Position numbers and translations under genes: made by a program
Assembly (NCBI GenBank): GCA_016868575.1
Contig: VGGL01000004.1
Coordinates: 3,062 to 67,061 of the forward strand
Direction: 5' to 3'
Origin: Bacteroidota bacterium
GTDB lineage: Bacteria; Bacteroidota; Bacteroidia; Bacteroidales; FEN-979
DNA: 64,000 nt
Shown here: piece by piece, positions 56,595 to 64,000 of the stretch
Layout: every line of letters begins with the position of its first letter
Numbering within the stretch: the first letter of the stretch is position 1
The notes under the pieces: model-generated
What the model saw: only the letters and a program-made list of their open reading frames with translations
The model's database searches: none
What the model was told of the DNA's origin: nothing

Positions 56595-57761
56595 ATGAAA
56601 GCATTACATGAATTCCTGGAGCGCATCCGGCCCCTGTTCAAGAAAGGAGGCCGGTTATCGATGTTCCGTTCCACGTTTGATGCCTTTGATACTTTCCTTT
56701 TCGTTCCCGGGAAAGTCACAACCGGTGGATCACACATCCGTGATGCGATCGATCTGAAAAGAACCATGTCGGTAGTGATCATTGCCCTGATGCCGGCCTT
56801 GCTGTTTGGCATGTGGAATGTCGGATACCAGCGCTCACTTTCGATCGGAGCGGATTGGAGCCTGTTGCAGAATTTCTGGTATGGGTTCCTGGTGGTTTTA
56901 CCCATCATCATCGTATCGTATGTATCCGGATTAGCTGTCGAATTCATCTTTGCCCAGATCAAGGGGCATGAGGTGAACGAAGGTTTTCTGGTCAGCGGTA
57001 TGCTGATCCCGATGATCATGCCGCCAGATGTCCCACTATGGATGGTTGCTGTTGCCACGGTATTTGCGGTGATCCTTGGGAAAGAGATCTTTGGCGGCAC
57101 CGGGATGAACATCGTGAATCCGGCACTGCTTGCCAGGGCCTTCATCTTCTTTGCCTATCCGGCATATATCTCCGGCTCCCAGATATGGACGGCAGGCTTG
57201 ATGGAAGGACAAGGAGTCATCGATGGTTTTTCGGGGGCTACGCCCATGGCTCATGCGGCAGCCGGGGAGATGGATAAAATTCCTGCTCTTGCTGACATGT
57301 TTTTTGGATTTATCCCGGGATCTATCGGAGAAACCTCCAAACTTGCCATCTTATTGGGGGCTGCCATCCTGCTTATCACTGGCGTAGGCAGCTGGCGGAT
57401 CATCTTATCCACTTTGATCGGAGGGGTATTGACCGTTCTCCTGTTCAATGCCGTGAGCTTGAATACATACATGGATCTCTCGCCGCTGACTCAGTTGATG
57501 ATGGGTGGCTTCCTCTTTGGGGCGATCTTTATGGCCACTGATCCGGTCACTGCAGCGCAAACATTTAAAGGTCAATACTTCTATGGATTCTTCGTCGGGG
57601 TGTTTGCCATCCTGATCCGGGTATTGAATCCTGCCTATCCGGAAGGGATGATGCTGGCCATTCTGCTCATGAATGTCGTGGCCCCGCTCATCGACCACTA
57701 TGTTATTCAAGCCAACATCCGCCGCCGGCTGAAAAGAGCTACCATCAAACTTAAAGCATAA
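56595..57761 (+). CDS. nqrB: Na+-NQR subunit B
   Basis: 388 aa, polytopic, with the FMN-attachment motif GFSGATPMA. Confidence 0.9.
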   Translation: MKALHEFLERIRPLFKKGGRLSMFRSTFDAFDTFLFVPGKVTTGGSHIRDAIDLKRTMSVVIIALMPALLFGMWNVGYQRSLSIGADWSLLQNFWYGFLVVLPIIIVSYVSGLAVEFIFAQIKGHEVNEGFLVSGMLIPMIMPPDVPLWMVAVATVFAVILGKEIFGGTGMNIVNPALLARAFIFFAYPAYISGSQIWTAGLMEGQGVIDGFSGATPMAHAAAGEMDKIPALADMFFGFIPGSIGETSKLAILLGAAILLITGVGSWRIILSTLIGGVLTVLLFNAVSLNTYMDLSPLTQLMMGGFLFGAIFMATDPVTAAQTFKGQYFYGFFVGVFAILIRVLNPAYPEGMMLAILLMNVVAPLIDHYVIQANIRRRLKRATIKLKA

Positions 57762-57766
57762 CTGCC

Positions 57767-58471
57767 ATGTATTCCAACCGATACATATTTATTTATTCCA
57801 CGGTGATGGTCGTTGTCGTCGCCATCATCCTGACCATTGTGGCTGTCGCGCTGAAACCCATCCAGGATAACAACATTCGAATCGAAAAAATGCAGAATAT
57901 TCTGGCCACGATCCACGTAGATGCTTCCGTGAAGGATGCCGACATGTTGTATATGAAGTACATCTCCTCCTCGTTTACCATTAACAGCAAGGGAGACTCC
58001 TTGCCAGGTGTAGAGGCGTTCCCGTTAGATCTTGCGCTGGAACTGAAAAAGCCCTTTGACCAACAGCGTTTCCCGATTTTTGTTGCAAGCCTTGATGATG
58101 GCAGGAAAGCATATGTCGTTCCCATGCGGGGAAAAGGATTGTGGGGTCCGGTGTGGGGTTATCTCGCTCTGATGGATGATTACAATACGGTGGAAGGTGC
58201 TGTTTTTGACCATAAAGGTGAAACACCCGGACTGGGGGCTGAGATCAACACCCAAATGTTTGAAGGACAATTCAAAGGAAAACAGATCTTTGATGAACAG
58301 GGAACCTACACCTCTATCAAAGTGGTTAAAGGAGGGGCCAGAGATGATGACCTGCACGGCGTTGATGCTATCAGCGGTGGAACCATCACCAGTAATGCTG
58401 TCTCAGATATGCTTTATGATTGCCTGAAAGGGTATGTTGAATTCTTCAATCATCAAAAAGAAAAGAAGTAG
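57767..58471 (+). CDS. nqrC: Na+-NQR subunit C
   Basis: 234 aa with a single N-terminal TM and the FMN-attachment motif [10 protein letters not shown]. Confidence 0.9.
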   Translation: MYSNRYIFIYSTVMVVVVAIILTIVAVALKPIQDNNIRIEKMQNILATIHVDASVKDADMLYMKYISSSFTINSKGDSLPGVEAFPLDLALELKKPFDQQRFPIFVASLDDGRKAYVVPMRGKGLWGPVWGYLALMDDYNTVEGAVFDHKGETPGLGAEINTQMFEGQFKGKQIFDEQGTYTSIKVVKGGARDDDLHGVDAISGGTITSNAVSDMLYDCLKGYVEFFNHQKEKK

Positions 58472-58473
58472 AT

Positions 58474-59139
58474 ATGTCACAGACACAAGCAATAAATGCG
58501 GAACGTGAACCTTTATTTTCAGCCAAAAACCTGAAACTCCTCAAGGGTCCGCTCAACACCATCAATCCGATCACCGTACAGGTGCTCGGCATCTGTTCGG
58601 CATTGGCGGTAACAGCACAGATCAAGCCTGCCATTGTAATGGCTTTATCGGTAACCATCGTCACGGCTTTCTCCAATCTGATCATATCCCTGATCCGCAA
58701 CACCATACCTCCCCGCATCCGCATCATTGTCCAGTTGGTTATTATCGCCGCGTTGGTCATCATCGTTGACCAGATCCTGAAAGCGTATGTTTATGATGTG
58801 AGTAAAAAACTGTCGGTTTTTGTCGGGTTGATCATCACCAATTGTATCATCATGGGCCGTCTGGAGGCTTTTGCCATGTCGAATAAACCCTGGCCCAGCC
58901 TGCTCGATGGGATAGGCAACGGGCTGGGTTACGGAATCATCCTGGTGATCGTAGGTTTTTTCCGGGAAATACTTGGTTCCGGCAAACTATACGGGATGAC
59001 GGTCATCCCCAAGTTCATGTATGACATAGGTTATGTGGATAATGGCTTGGTGATCCTGCCACCCATGGCATTGATCGCCATCGGGGTTATCATATGGGTT
59101 CAGCGAAGCCGTGAAAAAGAATTGATTGAAAAACAGTAA
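58474..59139 (+). CDS. nqrD: Na+-NQR subunit D
   Basis: 221 aa, polytopic. Strings [17 protein letters not shown] and ITNCIIMGR. Confidence 0.9.
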   Translation: MSQTQAINAEREPLFSAKNLKLLKGPLNTINPITVQVLGICSALAVTAQIKPAIVMALSVTIVTAFSNLIISLIRNTIPPRIRIIVQLVIIAALVIIVDQILKAYVYDVSKKLSVFVGLIITNCIIMGRLEAFAMSNKPWPSLLDGIGNGLGYGIILVIVGFFREILGSGKLYGMTVIPKFMYDIGYVDNGLVILPPMALIAIGVIIWVQRSREKELIEKQ

Positions 59140-59149
59140 AAACCAAGCC

Positions 59150-59767
59150 ATGGAAAACCTGATCAACCTGTTCGTCCGGACGATTTTTATCGACAACATG
59201 ATCTTCGCCTACTTCCTGGGCATGTGTTCTTACCTGGCTGTATCCAAAACAGTCAAAACATCCAATGGCCTCGGTATTGCTGTCATCTTTGTTTTGGTCA
59301 TTACTGCTCCGATTAACTGGCTGATCGACAATTATTTGCTAAAGGCCGGCGCCCTGTCCTGGTTGGGAGCGGACTTTGCGACCCTCGATCTCAGCTATTT
59401 GAGTTTCATCATGTTCATTGCTGTGATTGCCGCAATTGTTCAATTGGTCGAGATGTTCGTGGAGAAAGTTTCTCCGCCTTTGTATAACGCCCTTGGCATC
59501 TTTTTGCCGCTCATTGCCGTGAACTGTGCCATCCTGGGCGCTTCCCTGTTCATGCAGGAACGGGAGTACGAAACCATTGGAGAGTCTCTTGTGTATGCCT
59601 TGGGATCCGGTGTCGGCTGGTGGATCGCCATTGTGTTGTTGGCGGCCATCCGCGAGAAAATAAGGTATTCCAATATTCCTGCACCCCTTCGCGGCCTCGG
59701 CATCACCTTCATCATCACAGGCCTGATGGCCATTGCTTTTATGAGTTTTATGGGTATTAAAATATAA
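59150..59767 (+). CDS. nqrE: Na+-NQR subunit E
   Basis: I place the start at ATG 59150 ([32 protein letters not shown]). String IAVNCAILG is present. It is a paralogue of NqrD. Confidence 0.9.
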   Translation: MENLINLFVRTIFIDNMIFAYFLGMCSYLAVSKTVKTSNGLGIAVIFVLVITAPINWLIDNYLLKAGALSWLGADFATLDLSYLSFIMFIAVIAAIVQLVEMFVEKVSPPLYNALGIFLPLIAVNCAILGASLFMQEREYETIGESLVYALGSGVGWWIAIVLLAAIREKIRYSNIPAPLRGLGITFIITGLMAIAFMSFMGIKI

Positions 59768-59779
59768 AGACCTGAAATC

Positions 59780-61024
59780 ATGGGATTAGCAAGTTTTATC
59801 CTGATAGGTACCATTATTTTTCTTTTGGTGATCTTGTTGCTGGTGGGTTTTCTCCTTTACGCGAAAGCGAAGCTGACGCCTTCAGGTAAGATCACCATTA
59901 GCATCAATGGTGAGCGCGAAATACAGGTTGATGCCGGTTCCAACCTTCTTTCCACACTCAGCAATGAGAAGATATTTCTTCCTTCTGCCTGTGGCGGAGG
60001 TGGTACCTGTGCCATGTGCAAATGCCGTGTCGTTGCCGGAGGAGGATCTATTCTTCCAACGGAAGTGGGCTATTTTACCAGGAAACAGCGTTTGGATAAC
60101 TGGCGCCTGAGTTGTCAGGTAAAGGTGAGAGAGAGCATGGAGATCGAAGTCCCAAAAGAAATTTTCGGGATCAAGAAATGGGAATGTGAGGTTGTATCAA
60201 ACAGGAACGTTGCTACTTACATTAAGGAATTCGTGGTACGACTTCCGGAAGGAGAGACCCTTGATTTCATATCGGGAGGCTATGTACAGGTGTATGTTCC
60301 CAAAGTCACCGTTGATTACAAAGACATCCGGGTTGATGATGAATACCGCGGCGATTGGGAACAATATGGCATGTTCTCCATGCAAATGAAGAGCCCGGAA
60401 GAGATATACAGAGCATATTCCATGGCCAATCACCCGGCCGAGAATAATATCATTATGCTGAACGTCAGGATTGCAACCCCACCTTGGGATAGCAAGACCA
60501 ACTCATTCAAAAAGGTAAACCCGGGCATCTGCTCATCCTACATATTTTCCAGAAAACCAGGAGACAAGGTCACAATTTCGGGTCCCTACGGGGAGTTCTT
60601 CATCAAGAAAACCGACCGGGAGATGATGTTTATCGGCGGCGGGGCCGGTATGGCTCCGATGCGGTCGCATATTTTTGATCTTTTCCTGACGAAAAAATCT
60701 ACCCGGAAAGCTTCCTTTTGGTATGGCGGTCGTTCGCTCCGCGAACTCTTTTACATGGATGAATTTCAGAAGATCGAAAAAGAAAACCCAAACTTCACTT
60801 TCCACATCGGACTCTCTGAACCGCTCCCCGAAGATAAATGGACAGGTTATACCGGTTTTATCCACCAGATGATCATCGATCAGTATCTCGAAAAGCATCC
60901 GGAACCGGAAGAGATTGAATACTACCTCTGCGGGCCACCCCTGATGAACCAGGCGGTTCTCAAGATGCTCGATGATTTTGGGGTGCCTCAGGAAAACATC
61001 GCATTTGATGACTTTGGAATTTAG
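59780..61024 (+). CDS. nqrF: Na+-NQR subunit F
   Basis: 414 aa with an N-terminal TM, the 2Fe-2S motif CGGGGTCAMCKC, the FAD motif RAYSMAN and the NADH motif MFIGGGAGMAPMRS. Confidence 0.9.
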   Translation: MGLASFILIGTIIFLLVILLLVGFLLYAKAKLTPSGKITISINGEREIQVDAGSNLLSTLSNEKIFLPSACGGGGTCAMCKCRVVAGGGSILPTEVGYFTRKQRLDNWRLSCQVKVRESMEIEVPKEIFGIKKWECEVVSNRNVATYIKEFVVRLPEGETLDFISGGYVQVYVPKVTVDYKDIRVDDEYRGDWEQYGMFSMQMKSPEEIYRAYSMANHPAENNIIMLNVRIATPPWDSKTNSFKKVNPGICSSYIFSRKPGDKVTISGPYGEFFIKKTDREMMFIGGGAGMAPMRSHIFDLFLTKKSTRKASFWYGGRSLRELFYMDEFQKIEKENPNFTFHIGLSEPLPEDKWTGYTGFIHQMIIDQYLEKHPEPEEIEYYLCGPPLMNQAVLKMLDDFGVPQENIAFDDFGI

Positions 61025-61036
61025 CGGGAGAGAAAA

Positions 61037-62107
61037 ATGGATATTCCTTTAACCGCAAAGACGCGAAGACGCAAAGGTTTTTTAACTATCCCTTCTTCTT
61101 TGAGCCTTGGTGCCTTTGTGGCCATTATCTGCTTCATCCTCCTTCATGGTTGCCACCCGGATAAAGATCTCAAGTTCGTCCAATTCCGCGGCGAAGCACA
61201 GGGAACCTACTTTGCCGTCAGTTATTACTCACCAGATGGTATATCCTATTATCCACAGATCGATTCCCTGCTGAAGGATTTTGACCAGACGGCTTCCGTC
61301 TATCAGCCTGCATCTATCATCTCCATGATCAACCGAAACGATACGACCGTTACATTGAATGAGCAATTCATCGATCTTTTTAACCAATCAAAACAAATCT
61401 CCCGGAAAACCAATGGAGCGTTTGACATTACCGTTGGACCCCTGGTCAATGCCTGGGGGTTTGGCTTTAAAAATAAGATTCAGCTTGATCCGAAAAAAGT
61501 CGATAGCTTAAAAGAACTGGTTAATTACCAGGGTATTGAAATTGTTAACGGAAAGGTTATAAAGAAAGATCCGCGGATGGAACTGGATATGAACGCCATT
61601 GCACAGGGCTATTGCGTTGACCTGATTTGCCAGTTTCTGGAGTCAAAGGGAATAGACATTTTCCTGGTCGATATTGGTGGAGAAGTGAAAGGAAAAGGGA
61701 AGAAACCGGATGGATCACCCTGGAAGGTCGGTATCGAGAAGCCTGCTGAAAACCAATATGATGAACGGGACATCGAAGCCATAATCCAACTTGAGAACAA
61801 GGCGGTGGCCACCTCAGGAAATTACCGCAAGTTTTATATGGATAATGGGATCCGCTATTCTCATACCATTGATCCGGCAACCGGTATGCCCGTAAGGCAC
61901 TCTCTACTCTCCGTGTCGGTGTTGGCATCATCATGCGCCATAGCTGATGGATATGCCACCGCTTTCATGGTCATGGGGCTGGAAGAGGCCAAAGCTTTTC
62001 TTGCCGCCGGAACAGACATGGAAGCCTATTTCATTTTTTCAGAAAAGGATGGAAAAATTAAAGCCTGGGCAACTCCGGGCATGCGCAGCCTGATCCTGCC
62101 CGAGTAA
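61037..62107 (+). CDS. apbE: FAD:protein FMN transferase (ApbE)
   Basis: 356 aa with a lipoprotein-like N-terminus (ICFILLHGC). Strings AFDITVGPLVNAWGF, VATSGNYRKF and SHTIDPATG. Confidence 0.85.
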   Translation: MDIPLTAKTRRRKGFLTIPSSLSLGAFVAIICFILLHGCHPDKDLKFVQFRGEAQGTYFAVSYYSPDGISYYPQIDSLLKDFDQTASVYQPASIISMINRNDTTVTLNEQFIDLFNQSKQISRKTNGAFDITVGPLVNAWGFGFKNKIQLDPKKVDSLKELVNYQGIEIVNGKVIKKDPRMELDMNAIAQGYCVDLICQFLESKGIDIFLVDIGGEVKGKGKKPDGSPWKVGIEKPAENQYDERDIEAIIQLENKAVATSGNYRKFYMDNGIRYSHTIDPATGMPVRHSLLSVSVLASSCAIADGYATAFMVMGLEEAKAFLAAGTDMEAYFIFSEKDGKIKAWATPGMRSLILPE

Positions 62108-62109
62108 TC

Positions 62110-62307
62110 TCAATCAAGGGGAGCGTTGTCGCAGTTTTCTTCTGACTGACCGCCGCAGGTACAAGGTCTTTTCATCCCGGTGGAAGGATCCACGGAGGAA
62201 CACGACTTGGTGAATTTCCCTCCCCGTTGAAGGAACATCTTTACGGCAATGCCTGAAAATGCCACCCCTACGATTACAATAGCCAGTATGATGAGCTTGA
62301 AAATCAT
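62110..62307 (-). CDS. Small single-TM Cys-rich protein (possible NqrM-like)
   Basis: 65 aa with an N-terminal TM (IFKLIILAIVIVGVAFSGIAV). Four Cys follow in the pattern C-x12-C-x-C-x7-C (KSCSSVDPSTGMKRPCTCGGQSEENCDN). It is convergent with apbE, with 2 nt between the stops. Confidence 0.5.
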   Translation of the reverse strand: MIFKLIILAIVIVGVAFSGIAVKMFLQRGGKFTKSCSSVDPSTGMKRPCTCGGQSEENCDNAPLD

Positions 62308-62337
62308 GTTTACTTTTCCTGATAACGAAAAAAAACG

Positions 62338-63108
62338 CTATCTCGTATGCTGACGCCGGAATTCAGCCGCAAGAATGGCTGTGGCTACAGATGCATTCAA
62401 TGACTCGGCATGGGAAGTTTCGGGCGCAAATGAGGGGATTGTCAGCGGATGGGTGATGCAGTCCCTTATACCAGGGGAGATTCCCTGGGATTCATTTCCG
62501 ATCAGGATGATGCCATGGCTGGTCAATTTTTCGCTGAACACATTTTTCCCATTCAGTACAGCTCCGTAGACAGGTAGTTGGATTTTCAGGGAAGATAATA
62601 CTGACTTCAGATCCAGGCAATGGATATTCACCCTCGCAATAGAGCCCATGGAAGCCTGCACCACTTTTGAACTGAAACAGTCGGTTGTGTCGTATGTGCA
62701 AAGGATGGTTTGAATGCCGAACCAGTCGGCAACACGGATGATCGTGCCCATGTTCCCGGGATCACTGATGGTGTCAAGGGCGATTGAGAGCTTGTCGGAT
62801 AGTGCATCCGGGTTAAATTTCCAGTCCGGTTTTCGGAGCACAGCCAATGCTTTGTTGGGTGTTACCTGTTGGCTGATCCGTTCAAGCTGGGATTGCGAAA
62901 TCTCCGTGTGCCGGATTCTTTTTTCCTGAAGGACAGGAGCGTAGACGTCGAGCCAATCTTTTACTGCATAGAGGTGGTCGAAAATGAAGGTGGACTGCAG
63001 GAGGTCTTCCACCAGGGTAGACCCTTCAGCAATAAACAAACCCATTTCATCCCGGACTTTTTTCCGGGTGAGGGAACGGATAAATTTGATCTGGTTACCG
63101 GAGATCAT
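62338..63108 (-). CDS. TrmH/SpoU-family RNA methyltransferase (RlmB-like)
   Basis: 256 aa. Strings DPGNMGTIIRVADWFG, LIGNESQGIS and ESLNASVATAILAAEF. Confidence 0.8.
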   Translation of the reverse strand: MISGNQIKFIRSLTRKKVRDEMGLFIAEGSTLVEDLLQSTFIFDHLYAVKDWLDVYAPVLQEKRIRHTEISQSQLERISQQVTPNKALAVLRKPDWKFNPDALSDKLSIALDTISDPGNMGTIIRVADWFGIQTILCTYDTTDCFSSKVVQASMGSIARVNIHCLDLKSVLSSLKIQLPVYGAVLNGKNVFSEKLTSHGIILIGNESQGISPGIRDCITHPLTIPSFAPETSHAESLNASVATAILAAEFRRQHTR

Positions 63109-63557
63109 TACTCGGCTACCACCTCGAAGGTGATGTCAACCTTGATGTCCTTGTGGAGGTTAACTTTAGCCTTGTAGGTGCCGAGTTCTTTGATGGATTC
63201 ACCATCCACGTGTATTCTTTTGCGGTCGATTTCCACGTTGTATTGTTCCTTGAGGGCCTGGGCGATCTGGATGGCGTTGACAGAGCCGTAGATCTTTCCT
63301 GATTCGGCGGCTTTGGCGCCAATTTTCACCATCACTTCGCGGATCTTGCCGGCCAGGAAGTCTGCTTCCTTGCGGATCTTTTCTTCCTTGAAGGATTTTT
63401 GTTTCAATTCTTCTGCCAGGACTTTCCGGTTGGAAGGGGTGGCGAAGACGGCGAAGCCTTTAGGAACCAAGTAATTGCGGGCATAACCCGATTTTACGTT
63501 CACAACATCATTGGCATAGCCCAGGTTGGGCACATCCTGTTTTAAAATCACTTCCAT
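63108..63557 (-). CDS. rplI: 50S ribosomal protein L9
   Basis: 149 aa. MEVILKQDVPNLGYANDVVNVKSGYARNYLVPKGFA. Confidence 0.9.
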   Translation of the reverse strand: MEVILKQDVPNLGYANDVVNVKSGYARNYLVPKGFAVFATPSNRKVLAEELKQKSFKEEKIRKEADFLAGKIREVMVKIGAKAAESGKIYGSVNAIQIAQALKEQYNVEIDRKRIHVDGESIKELGTYKAKVNLHKDIKVDITFEVVAE

Positions 63558-63568
63558 GGGGCTTCCTC

Positions 63569-63853
63569 CTACTTTAAAAGATCTCCGACAAATGGCAACA
63601 AGGCGAGGTGGCGGGCGCGTTTCACGGCCTGGGCGACCTTCCGCTGGTACTTGGTTGAGGTGCCGGTGATCCGGCGGGGGAGGATCTTTCCCTGCTCGTT
63701 GATGAACTTCAGCAGGAAATCGGGATCCTTATAGTCGATAAACTTGATGCCGCTTTTCTTGAAGCGGCAGTATTTTTTTCTTTTGGTGTCAACGGCGATC
63801 GGTGTCAGATACCTGATCTCGGACTGGTTTCCCTGGGTATTTGGTTCCATCAT
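63569..63853 (-). CDS. rpsR: 30S ribosomal protein S18
   Basis: 94 aa. Strings KYCRFKK and [27 protein letters not shown]. Confidence 0.9.
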   Translation of the reverse strand: MMEPNTQGNQSEIRYLTPIAVDTKRKKYCRFKKSGIKFIDYKDPDFLLKFINEQGKILPRRITGTSTKYQRKVAQAVKRARHLALLPFVGDLLK

Positions 63854-63865
63854 ACTGGGGATTAA

Positions 63866-64000
63866 TTATTCTTCAATCTTTTTTTCCTGTTTCGCTTTGT
63901 TCCTTTTCTTCTCGTTGTAGGCAAGGGAGTGCTTGTCCAGGGCTACAGTGAGGAATCGGAGGATGCGTTCGTCACGCTTGAATGCGGTTTCCCATTCACC
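63866..64000 (-). CDS. rpsF: 30S ribosomal protein S6, C-terminal part (5' end outside the window)
   Basis: My translation of the minus strand gives ...GEWETAFKRDERILRFLTVALDKHSLAYNEKKRNKAKQEKKIEE*. It lies upstream of rpsR-rplI as in the conserved S6-S18-L9 operon. Confidence 0.8.
   Translation of the reverse strand, partial: GEWETAFKRDERILRFLTVALDKHSLAYNEKKRNKAKQEKKIEE

Overview
This 64-kb chromosomal segment looks like a Bacteroidota genome, probably an anaerobic or microaerotolerant Bacteroidia-like organism. Three things support that: T9SS C-terminal sorting domains, a complete MoxR-DUF58-BatA..E aerotolerance operon, and TAnnTTTG -7 promoter boxes recurring about 20 nt upstream of starts. 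Coding density is high, with about 60 CDS, one tRNA-Glu(UUC) and one tmRNA. I saw no rRNA, CRISPR array, transposase, integrase or phage genes. Most content is housekeeping. It includes mutS (partial), mutS2, PFOR/nifJ, an acyl-CoA carboxyltransferase with a biotin carrier, engB, rpsT, pyrE, rlmH, nadC, gpsA, aguA/aguB, pyk, nqrABCDEF-apbE and rpsF-rpsR-rplI. I found no clear novel defence or mobile system. The best candidate for an undescribed system is a four-gene, translationally coupled module at 43174-45642. It comprises a lipoprotein, a VTC/TTM polyphosphate-polymerase-like protein, a DUF4956-like inner-membrane protein and a DUF2490-like outer-membrane barrel. Other points worth a second look:
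- In-phase heptamer arrays lie directly downstream of both stable-RNA genes and flank a two-gene islet next to the tmRNA.
- A formyltransferase-like gene is interrupted by a single in-frame TAG.
- Four helically phased TGTTAA repeats sit upstream of the bat operon.
- A Tat-exported DUF362 protein overlaps an unknown partner gene.
- A small Cys-rich membrane protein abuts apbE and may be NqrM-like.
All family assignments rest on motif recognition by eye and on memory, not on database searches.
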